This document shows positions 28,078 through 36,900 of a stretch of 64,000 nt of DNA, one piece after another (the stretch's first letter is position 1; every line of letters starts with the position of its first letter). The notes beneath the pieces are model-generated. The model saw only the letters and a list, made by a program, of their open reading frames with translations, was not told the origin of the DNA and did not search any database. The translations under genes were made by a program, and so were the position numbers. The stretch is from Bacteroidota bacterium. GTDB taxonomy: Bacteria > Bacteroidota > Bacteroidia > Bacteroidales > JACABE01. The stretch is from positions 1,530 to 65,529 of the forward strand of contig JBAXNW010000017.1 in NCBI GenBank assembly GCA_037133555.1. The letters are read 5' to 3'.

Positions 28078-30486
28078 ATGAAAAAAAAATGGATTGCAAT
28101 GAGTATTGCAGTAATCCTGCCTTTTGTGGCATGGAGTCAGTTTTCTGTTAGCGGTAAAATTACAGATGCTAAAACCGGTGAAAGCCTGCCGGGAGCTCAT
28201 ATTGAGCTGACAAAAAATTATAAGCCTTTGGTAAGTGATTCAAAAGGAAAATTTATAATTACTGGATTAAAAAAAGGGGAATACCAACTCACAATAACTT
28301 ATCTTGGTTATTATCGTGATAGCAGAAGTATTCATTTAGAAGCTAATATGGAGCTTAATATTCAATTACAGAACAGCCCTATTATGGAAGATGAAGTAAT
28401 TATCAATTCAAGCAGGGCTGGTGAAAAAACACCTATAACTTTCCAGAATATCAATAAAGCTGAAATTTCACGCATAAATACCGGTGTTGATATTCCCTAT
28501 TTAATTGAGCAAACGCCTTCTGTAGTTGTAAGTTCAGATGCAGGTGGAGGAATTGGGTATACCAATATTCGCATCAGAGGAAGCGATTTAACCAGAACCA
28601 ACGTGATGGTAAATGGGATTCCTCTCAACGATGCTGAATCTCATTCTGTATATTTTGTGGATATGCCCGATTTTGCTTCTTCAATTGATAATTTACAAAT
28701 ACAAAGAGGGGTAGGGACCTCCGTAAATGGAGCAGGTGCTTTTGGAGCCAGTATCAACTTTCAGACTCAGCATCTTAACAGAAATCCTTATGCTGAAATC
28801 AATAATTCAGCAGGCTCATTCAATTCATTTAAACATACTGTTAGCTTTGGCAGTGGATTGATAGATAATAAATGGGCATTCGACGGACGTTTGTCTAAAA
28901 TTTCAAGCGATGGTTTTATCGACAGGGCCAGTTCAGATTTGCGTTCATTTTATTTATCTGGCGCCTATTACGCTAAGAAAACCATTCTAAAACTGATCTG
29001 CTTTTCAGGTAAAGAAAAAACCTATCAGGCATGGAACGGCATTCCTTCTAATATAATTGATACCAATAGAACCTATAACAGTATGGGGGAATATTATGAT
29101 GCTGCTGGTAATTTAAAGCATTATGACAATCAAACCGACAATTATCAGCAGGATAATTATCAGTTATTCGTTTCTCATGAATTGACCAAAAACTGGGATC
29201 TAAATGCAGCTTTGCATTACACCAAAGGCTATGGATATTACGAAGAATATCAGTCACAGGAAAATTATAGCAAATATGGACTCAGCGATGTATATACTGC
29301 CAATGATACCCTTCGTAAAACGGATTTAATCCGCAGGAAAATCCTTGATAATGACTTTTATGGATGGACTTTTGCAGTGAATTACAACAATCATAAACGA
29401 TTTTCAGCTGTAATTGGTGGAGCATGGAATCGTTACATCGGTAAACATCTAGGAAACATTATCTGGATGCAATATTCGGGAAGTCATCCATTAAATTATG
29501 AATGGTATTTCAATCAAGGTTTTAAGAACGATTTCAATGTTTATTCTAAAATAAATTATCAGTTGAACGAAAAATGGAGTTTATATGCAGATTTACAACT
29601 TAGGTCTATTTATTATAAAATCAGCGGTATAAATGACAACTTGACACCCTTAAATCAGATACATGAATTCCATTTCTTTAATCCCAAATTCGGAGCTTAT
29701 TATCAGCTAAATGATAATAGTAATATGTATGTATCTTTTGCTGTAGCCAATCGTGAACCAAGCCGGAGTAATTTTGTGGATGCTGATCCTAATAAAACAT
29801 TTCCTGTTCAGGAAACTATGCAAAACATCGAATTTGGTTATAGTCTGAAAAAGAATAGTTTTTATCTGAAATCTAATCTTTTTCTAATGAATTATAAAAA
29901 CCAATTGGCGCTTACAGGCGAAATCAATGATGTAGGTGATGCTGTGATGATCAATGTTCCTAAAAGCTATAGAATTGGAATTGAGGTTGCTGCTGGTGCT
30001 CAGATTCGTAAATCCCTTCAATGGCAAGCCAATCTTGCCTTGAGTAAAAACAAAATCAAAGATTTTACTGAATTTGTAGATGATTGGGACAGTGGAATTC
30101 AACATCAAAAATATCTTGGAACAACTGATCTTGCCTTTTCTCCAGAAATAATTGTCAATAATCAGTTTTCTTATGAATTATTTAATGGTTTCAACTTAAG
30201 CTGGATCAGTAAATATGTAGGCAGACAATTTATTGATAATACTTCCAGCAATGAAAGAAAATTAAAGGCCTATCTAATCAATAACTTTAGGTTTAATTAT
30301 TGCCTAACTTCAAAGCAAATTAAGGAGATCAATTTCTTTTTTGTTTTGAATAATATACTGGATATCAAGTATGAAACGAATGCATGGGTGTATCGCTATT
30401 ACAGTAACAATGTGCATGAAGTAATGGATGGCTACTTCCCTCAGGCAGGAAGAAACTTCATAATGGGACTTAATCTGAAGTTTTAA
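28078..30486 (+). CDS. TonB-dependent receptor, probable thiamine uptake
   Basis: SDAG.GIGY..IRIRG, NGIPLND.ES, C-terminal YFPQAGRNF..GLNLKF; downstream of the TPP riboswitch. Confidence 0.88.
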   Translation: MKKKWIAMSIAVILPFVAWSQFSVSGKITDAKTGESLPGAHIELTKNYKPLVSDSKGKFIITGLKKGEYQLTITYLGYYRDSRSIHLEANMELNIQLQNSPIMEDEVIINSSRAGEKTPITFQNINKAEISRINTGVDIPYLIEQTPSVVVSSDAGGGIGYTNIRIRGSDLTRTNVMVNGIPLNDAESHSVYFVDMPDFASSIDNLQIQRGVGTSVNGAGAFGASINFQTQHLNRNPYAEINNSAGSFNSFKHTVSFGSGLIDNKWAFDGRLSKISSDGFIDRASSDLRSFYLSGAYYAKKTILKLICFSGKEKTYQAWNGIPSNIIDTNRTYNSMGEYYDAAGNLKHYDNQTDNYQQDNYQLFVSHELTKNWDLNAALHYTKGYGYYEEYQSQENYSKYGLSDVYTANDTLRKTDLIRRKILDNDFYGWTFAVNYNNHKRFSAVIGGAWNRYIGKHLGNIIWMQYSGSHPLNYEWYFNQGFKNDFNVYSKINYQLNEKWSLYADLQLRSIYYKISGINDNLTPLNQIHEFHFFNPKFGAYYQLNDNSNMYVSFAVANREPSRSNFVDADPNKTFPVQETMQNIEFGYSLKKNSFYLKSNLFLMNYKNQLALTGEINDVGDAVMINVPKSYRIGIEVAAGAQIRKSLQWQANLALSKNKIKDFTEFVDDWDSGIQHQKYLGTTDLAFSPEIIVNNQFSYELFNGFNLSWISKYVGRQFIDNTSSNERKLKAYLINNFRFNYCLTSKQIKEINFFFVLNNILDIKYETNAWVYRYYSNNVHEVMDGYFPQAGRNFIMGLNLKF

Positions 30487-30594
30487 CCTTTTTTTTAACA
30501 TAATTTAACGCCCAAAGCATACTTATGTTTTCAAATGGTAGTACATTTGCATCGTAATAATTAATTAAATTAAAAAACATTTAAAATCAACAAA

Positions 30595-30831
30595 ATGAAA
30601 AAAGTATTTGTATTTGCAACAGCGATTGCCTTAGTATGTGGTTTAACTCTTAACGCTCAAACAACTCCTCAAGCTCCTAAAAAAGAAGCTAAAAAAGAAG
30701 TAAAAGCTGAAGCTAAAAAAGAAGCTAAAGTTGAAGCAAAAGAAGCTAAAACTGAAGTTAAAAAAGCTGATGTAAAAGTTAAAAAAGCAGCTAAAAAAGC
30801 TGAAGTAAAAAAAGAAGAAGTAAAAAAGTAA
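30595..30831 (+). CDS. Small exported Lys/Glu/Ala-rich low-complexity protein
   Basis: Signal LNA-Q; KKEAK repeats; -7 box TACATTTG at 30542-30549; own terminator. Confidence 0.75.
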   Translation: MKKVFVFATAIALVCGLTLNAQTTPQAPKKEAKKEVKAEAKKEAKVEAKEAKTEVKKADVKVKKAAKKAEVKKEEVKK

Positions 30832-30852
30832 TTTTATAATTCTTTTAAAAAG

Positions 30853-30890
30853 AAGAGGTTGTCTCCCAAAAGAGGCAGCCTCTTTTTTTT
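30853..30890 (+). terminator. Intrinsic terminator
   Basis: AGAGGTTGTCTC-ccaaaa-GAGGCAGCCTCT plus T tract. Confidence 0.8.
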
Positions 30891-30987
30891 ATGTTTATGA
30901 TTTATTTCTTATCAAAGAATTATGTAGGTTTGCAATATTCAATTATATCGACAAATATTTATTTAAACATCTTAAATTTAAAATATT

Positions 30988-32763
30988 ATGATAGGCAAAA
31001 CCTTTGCAGAAAAAATATTTGATGCTGAAAAAGGAAGCATCGTATTTAAAAAACCTGATATTGTTCTTACACACGACAATACCTCCAGTATCGAAAAAAC
31101 TTTTATCAAAATGGGTGGAAGCAAGGTTTTTGATGCTGAACAATTGTTGATTGTGCTTGACCATAACGCACCACCTACGGATGCAAAGCTAGCCAACGAC
31201 TATCAAAGAATTCGTGATTTTGCCACTGAACAGGGCATTCGAAAATTTCACGATGTAGGTCAGGGGATTTGCCATCAGATTATGGCTGAATATGCAAAGC
31301 CCAAAATGCTGATAGTTGGCAGCGACAGCCATAGTTGTACTGCAGGCGCTTTTAATGCCTATGCAGCAGGTATCGACAGAACTGAATCAGCAGGCTTATG
31401 GAAACAGGGCGAAACCTGGTTTAGAGTTCCTGAAACAATCAAGATAAATCTTATTGGCAAAATGCAGAAAGCTGTTTATGCTAAAGATCTTTCCTTATGG
31501 ATTATTGGTATGATTGGCTCAAGTGGTGCCGACTATATGTCAATTGAATACCATGGCGAAGGTGTAAAAACGCTTACAATTTCAGATAGAATGACATTGT
31601 GTAACCTGGCTTCAGAGATGGGCGCAAAAAATTCTGTTTTTCCTGCAGATGAAGTACTTGAAATGCATTTTGGTACCCAATTACAAGGCTTATGGGCTGA
31701 CGATAATGCAATCTATGCTCAGGAGATCAATATCAATTTGAATGATATTTTCCCAGTAGTTGCAGCTCCTCACAATGTGGACAATGTAAAAGCTGTTTCA
31801 GAAGTTCAGGGCACTAAAATTCAGCAAGCTTTGATAGGAACTTGTACCAACGGTCGTTTGGAAGATTTACGTGAAGCTGCTGTAGTTTTAAAAGGTAAAA
31901 AATTACCAAAAGATTTTCAGCTACTTGTTATTCCTGCTTCAAAAACAATTTATATGCAAGCCATGAAAGAAGGTCTGATTGAGATATTTATGGAAGCTGG
32001 AGCAAATGTATTATCCACTTCTTGTGGTCCTTGTTTAGGGACAGGACAAGGAATACCTGCCGATGATATCAATGTGATTTCTACTGCCAATCGAAACTTT
32101 AAAGGCAGAATGGGTAATCCGAAAGCAAATATTTATTTAGCTTCACCGGCTACTGTTGCTTACTCTTCTTTAAAAGGTGAAATCTGTGACCCTAGAGGTG
32201 TTGATGGTATTGATAAATTTCCATACAAAGCAGAACAAAGCAAAACTGTAGAAGTAAAAGCTGGTGAAAACCGTTACGAAAAAACAATCTGGAATTATGC
32301 CGATGTGAATAATTTAAATACCGATCAGATGTTTGCAGGAAATCTGACTTACCAGATTGGCAGCTCTGAAGGCGATAAAATTATGCCTTATCTTTTCAAG
32401 GGTTTTGACGATACGTTTGCTGAAAGAGTTCAAGCCAATGATATCGTTATCGCAGGTGCTAATTTCGGTTGTGGAAGCTCACGCGAACACCCTGCAGTAG
32501 GTTTGGCTTATGCCAATGTAAAAGCAGTCATTTGCAAATCGGTGAACCGTATTTTCTATCGTTCATCTGTAAATCAGGGATTACCTATTATTGTATTGCC
32601 AGAAGTAGTAGATGCATTCCAACAAGGCCATGAAGTGAAACTTGATTTTGTAAAAGGGGAGATTAAAGTTGGGGAAACAATCTTTAAATTTGCGCCTTTG
32701 CCTGCTAAATTGATGGGCGTATTCAATGCCAAAGGTTTGGTAAATTATATTAAGGGAAATTAA
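30988..32763 (+). CDS. Fused large+small subunit aconitase-family hydratase (homoaconitase / isopropylmalate isomerase-like)
   Basis: DSHSCT, GTCTNGR, CGPCLG, NRNFKGRMG, then swivel domain NTD...NFGCGSSREH. Confidence 0.88.
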   Translation: MIGKTFAEKIFDAEKGSIVFKKPDIVLTHDNTSSIEKTFIKMGGSKVFDAEQLLIVLDHNAPPTDAKLANDYQRIRDFATEQGIRKFHDVGQGICHQIMAEYAKPKMLIVGSDSHSCTAGAFNAYAAGIDRTESAGLWKQGETWFRVPETIKINLIGKMQKAVYAKDLSLWIIGMIGSSGADYMSIEYHGEGVKTLTISDRMTLCNLASEMGAKNSVFPADEVLEMHFGTQLQGLWADDNAIYAQEININLNDIFPVVAAPHNVDNVKAVSEVQGTKIQQALIGTCTNGRLEDLREAAVVLKGKKLPKDFQLLVIPASKTIYMQAMKEGLIEIFMEAGANVLSTSCGPCLGTGQGIPADDINVISTANRNFKGRMGNPKANIYLASPATVAYSSLKGEICDPRGVDGIDKFPYKAEQSKTVEVKAGENRYEKTIWNYADVNNLNTDQMFAGNLTYQIGSSEGDKIMPYLFKGFDDTFAERVQANDIVIAGANFGCGSSREHPAVGLAYANVKAVICKSVNRIFYRSSVNQGLPIIVLPEVVDAFQQGHEVKLDFVKGEIKVGETIFKFAPLPAKLMGVFNAKGLVNYIKGN

Positions 32764-32889
32764 TAAATAGGATATTATTTTTGAATTTATAACCAAGTAA
32801 TTTTAATTGAATGCTCCGATAAAATAACAAGCTTTAACTAAATAATTCTTATATTTTTACTAATTTTGTCGACTTAATTTGTAGCTAAA

Positions 32890-35709
32890 ATGCAGATCGA
32901 AAATACTGATAAACAGGATACTAAAAATTTTATCTTAATAAAAGGGGCAAGGGTTCATAATTTAAAAAATATTGATATCGCTTTGCCTCGCAACAAAGTT
33001 ATTGTCATTACCGGTTTGTCGGGTTCAGGGAAATCTTCACTGGCCTTTGATACTTTATATGCTGAAGGTCAGCGGCGTTATGTTGAAAGTTTAAGTGCTT
33101 ATGCCCGCCAGTTCTTGGGTAGAATGTCGAAACCAGAAGTGGATTATATCAATGGAATTTCACCTGCAATAGCCATTGAACAAAAAGTGAACAACCGTAA
33201 TCCCCGCTCTACAGTTGGCACTTCAACAGAAATCTACGAATATTTAAAACTGCTTTTTGCCCGTATCGGAAAAACGATTTCTCCCGTTTCCGGCAAAGAA
33301 GTTAAACGTGACAGTATCAGTAATGTGGTTGATTTTATAAGTTCCCATACCAATGGTACAAAAATCATCATTACTGCACCATTGTTGGTAAAATTGGGTC
33401 GTAGCGTTGAAGAACAATTACAGATAATCATTCAGCAAGGATTTACCAGGTTGTTGATAAAGGATGAGATTGTAAAAATTGAAGAATTTCTTCAAAATCA
33501 GCCTAAAAAAAACAAAGATATCCACATTTTAATTGACAGAATCGTAGTAAATCAAGAAGATGAAGATATGGCTTCTAGATTGGCTGATTCTGTTCAAACT
33601 GCATTTTTTGAAGGTGAAGGCGAATGTAGCATTACTGGTTTTGTTAATGAGAAATCGAGTAAAACTATTTTTTCAAACCGATTTGAATTGGATGGCATTG
33701 CCTTTGAAGACCCTAGCGTTAATTTATTCAGTTTCAACAATCCATTTGGAGCCTGCAAAACCTGCGAAGGTTTTGGTTCTGTGATAGGAATTGACGAAGA
33801 TCTTGTTATTCCTAACAAAGCACTTTCTGTATTCGAAGATACGGTTGCCTGCTGGAAAGGCGAAAAAATGAGTGAATGGAAAGACCAATTGATTAAATCG
33901 GCCTACAAATTTGATTTTCCCATACATAAATCTTATTATGATTTATCAGATGCTCAAAAAGAATTACTTTGGACGGGTAATAGCAGTTTTGGAGGAATCA
34001 ACGATTTCTTTAAATTTGTAGAAGAACAAACTTATAAAATTCAGTATCGTGTAATGCTTTCACGTTACAGGGGAAAAACGGTATGCCCTGATTGTAAGGG
34101 AACCCGATTGCGCAAAGATGCAACTTACGTAAAAGTTGCCAGTAAATCAATCACAGATATTGTCTTAATGCCTGTAAATGAGTCGCTTTTATTTTTAAAA
34201 AAAATTGAGCTCAATGTTTTCGACTTAAAAATTGCCAAAAGGCTGTTAACTGAAATTACGAATCGTTTACAAGTAATTGAAGATGTCGGTTTAGGCTATC
34301 TGACATTGAATCGATTGTCGGCAACATTATCTGGTGGCGAATCACAGCGTATCAACCTTGCAACTTCTTTGGGAAGTTCTTTGGTGGGTTCCATGTATAT
34401 TCTGGATGAACCCAGTATAGGATTGCATCCCCGTGATACACACCGCTTGATAAAAGTTTTGTCTCAACTTAAAGCCTTAGGTAATACGGTGATTATTGTA
34501 GAACATGATGAAGAAATCATGAAATCGGCAGATTATCTGATTGATATAGGCCCTTTTGCAGGAATACATGGTGGTGAAATAATCTTTGAAGGGACTTACG
34601 AAGCTTTGTTGAAAGACCATAAAAGTTTGACTGCAAATTATTTGAATGGAGTAAAAAAGATAGAAGTTCCTGAAAAAAGACGCAAATGGAAAGATTTCAT
34701 TGCCATTAAAGGTGCCAGGGAAAATAATTTAAAAACGATAGATGTAAAATTCCCCTTAAATATAATGACTGTTGTTACAGGTGTGAGCGGTTCAGGGAAA
34801 TCCTCTTTGATAAAATCGGTATTGTATCCTGCATTAAAGAAATTGTATGGTGGATATGGTGAAAAAACAGGAAAATTCGACAAAATAGAAGGGGATTATA
34901 ACAAAATAACTGATGTTGAATTTGTGGATCAAAATCCAATTGGAAAATCATCTCGTTCAAATCCTGCAACTTATGTAAAAGCTTATGACGAAATCAGAAC
35001 ATTGTACTCTGACCAACTATTAGCTAAAACGCGGGGATACAAGCCTGGCTTTTTCTCATTTAATATCGAAGGTGGAAGATGCGAAGAATGTGAAGGGGAC
35101 GGCTTTGTGAAAATCGAAATGCAGTTTATGGCTGATGTAAGTTTGGTTTGTGAAAGTTGCGGTGGAAAAAGGTTTAAAGATGAAGTCTTAGATGTAAAAT
35201 TTAATGAAAAAAATATAACGGATATTCTTAATATGACTGTTAATCAATCATTGGAATTTTTCGGTCAAAATCAAAAACCCTCATCCCTAGAAAATAAAAT
35301 TGTTCACAAATTGCAACCCTTGGCAGACGTAGGATTGGGGTATATTAAACTTGGGCAATCTTCCAGCTCTTTGAGTGGGGGTGAAGCACAACGTATTAAA
35401 CTGGCTTCGTTTCTGTCAAAAGGTTTTTCGGAAAAACCAACCTTGTTTATCTTTGATGAACCTACTACTGGACTTCATTTTCATGACATAAACAAGCTTA
35501 AATCAGCTTTTGATGCTTTAATTGAGAATGGACATACCGTTATTGTGATCGAACACAATATGGACATTGTAAAATGTGCAGACTGGGTAATTGACTTAGG
35601 TCCTGATGGTGGCAGTATGGGTGGTGAAATAATTTTTGAAGGTACTCCAGAGGATGTGGTTTCCTGTAGGAGATCTCATACCTCAAAATTTCTTAAAAAT
35701 AAACTTTAA
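32890..35709 (+). CDS. uvrA: Excinuclease ABC subunit A
   Basis: Two ABC modules (GLSGSGKSS, GVSGSGKSS, LSGGE), Zn fingers. Confidence 0.97.
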   Translation: MQIENTDKQDTKNFILIKGARVHNLKNIDIALPRNKVIVITGLSGSGKSSLAFDTLYAEGQRRYVESLSAYARQFLGRMSKPEVDYINGISPAIAIEQKVNNRNPRSTVGTSTEIYEYLKLLFARIGKTISPVSGKEVKRDSISNVVDFISSHTNGTKIIITAPLLVKLGRSVEEQLQIIIQQGFTRLLIKDEIVKIEEFLQNQPKKNKDIHILIDRIVVNQEDEDMASRLADSVQTAFFEGEGECSITGFVNEKSSKTIFSNRFELDGIAFEDPSVNLFSFNNPFGACKTCEGFGSVIGIDEDLVIPNKALSVFEDTVACWKGEKMSEWKDQLIKSAYKFDFPIHKSYYDLSDAQKELLWTGNSSFGGINDFFKFVEEQTYKIQYRVMLSRYRGKTVCPDCKGTRLRKDATYVKVASKSITDIVLMPVNESLLFLKKIELNVFDLKIAKRLLTEITNRLQVIEDVGLGYLTLNRLSATLSGGESQRINLATSLGSSLVGSMYILDEPSIGLHPRDTHRLIKVLSQLKALGNTVIIVEHDEEIMKSADYLIDIGPFAGIHGGEIIFEGTYEALLKDHKSLTANYLNGVKKIEVPEKRRKWKDFIAIKGARENNLKTIDVKFPLNIMTVVTGVSGSGKSSLIKSVLYPALKKLYGGYGEKTGKFDKIEGDYNKITDVEFVDQNPIGKSSRSNPATYVKAYDEIRTLYSDQLLAKTRGYKPGFFSFNIEGGRCEECEGDGFVKIEMQFMADVSLVCESCGGKRFKDEVLDVKFNEKNITDILNMTVNQSLEFFGQNQKPSSLENKIVHKLQPLADVGLGYIKLGQSSSSLSGGEAQRIKLASFLSKGFSEKPTLFIFDEPTTGLHFHDINKLKSAFDALIENGHTVIVIEHNMDIVKCADWVIDLGPDGGSMGGEIIFEGTPEDVVSCRRSHTSKFLKNKL

Positions 35710-35810
35710 GAGAACGTTATGTTGAAATTAAATACTATTTCTTAATAACTTAATAGCTTAATAACTAATTACCAATAACCAATAACTTAATAACTATTAC
35801 CTGATTTTTA

Positions 35811-36602
35811 ATGGAAGGAAATTTATGGAATGCTCGTACGGAGTTGTTATTGGGAGTGACGAATATTGATCTTCTTCAGCAGTCAAATGTTTTGATAGTA
35901 GGCTTGGGTGGGGTTGGAGCTTACGTTGCTGAACATCTTTGCAGGGCTGGCATCGGAAAGATGACACTGGTAGATGGTGATACATTTCATCCAAGCAATC
36001 GCAATCGTCAATTGGGTGCATTAATCAGCACTGAGGGAAAAGGAAAAGCAGAAGTTATCGCAAGTCGACTCCTGGATATTAATCCAAACATTCAGCTTGA
36101 AATTATTCCGGAATATATCATAACGCAACGCACTACCGTCATACTTAAATCGGCTTCTTTTGATTATGTGATAGATGCCATTGATACGCTTTCTCCAAAG
36201 CTTCATTTAATACACCAATGTCTTTTAGCTGGATTGCCATTGGTAAGTTCTATGGGAGCAGGTGGAAAATTGGATGCTGCTAAGGTTTTTATTGCAGATA
36301 TCTCACAAACTCATATTTGTCCCTTGGCTGATATTTTAAGAAAAAGATTACACCGATTGGGCATTTACACTGGGTTTAAGGCCGTATTTTCTACAGAACT
36401 TATTCCTCAACACGCAACAGAGCTCAATGCAACAGAACTCAATAAAAAAACTTCGGTGGGTACTATTTCTTATATGCCAGCTTTGTTTGCATGTTTGATC
36501 GCATCTGTAGTAATTCGTGAATTAATGGGCGAAACCATAGCAAGCGATTTCCACGTTCCACATAGCGTAAGACGGAAAATAAAAAAGCTCAAACAAATTT
36601 AA
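35811..36602 (+). CDS. tcdA: ThiF-family tRNA threonylcarbamoyladenosine dehydratase-like protein
   Basis: GLGGVG, SNRNRQ, DAID, SSMGAGGK, VFSTE. Confidence 0.8.
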   Translation: MEGNLWNARTELLLGVTNIDLLQQSNVLIVGLGGVGAYVAEHLCRAGIGKMTLVDGDTFHPSNRNRQLGALISTEGKGKAEVIASRLLDINPNIQLEIIPEYIITQRTTVILKSASFDYVIDAIDTLSPKLHLIHQCLLAGLPLVSSMGAGGKLDAAKVFIADISQTHICPLADILRKRLHRLGIYTGFKAVFSTELIPQHATELNATELNKKTSVGTISYMPALFACLIASVVIRELMGETIASDFHVPHSVRRKIKKLKQI

Positions 36603-36900
36603 AATATTTTCTGTTTAAAAGCTAATTGAACGCATTTTGCTTTAATAAATTAACTTTCCCAATTTGCTTCATTTTGTTTACTTAAGAAGCAGACTCGTAG
36701 TCGAACATCCAATTTAAATTTATTTAAAATTAGTTTGCACAATTATATTTTTTTTCTACTTTTGCTATCCCTTTAAGAAAAAGGGAAACAAAAATTTATA
36801 GTTCGTTTTATTATTCATTAAAGTACAGATCATCTCTATCGGATTTCCATTTTGTAAAAATGGAAAGAGAATTCTAAACTGTTAAAAATACAGAAAGTAT

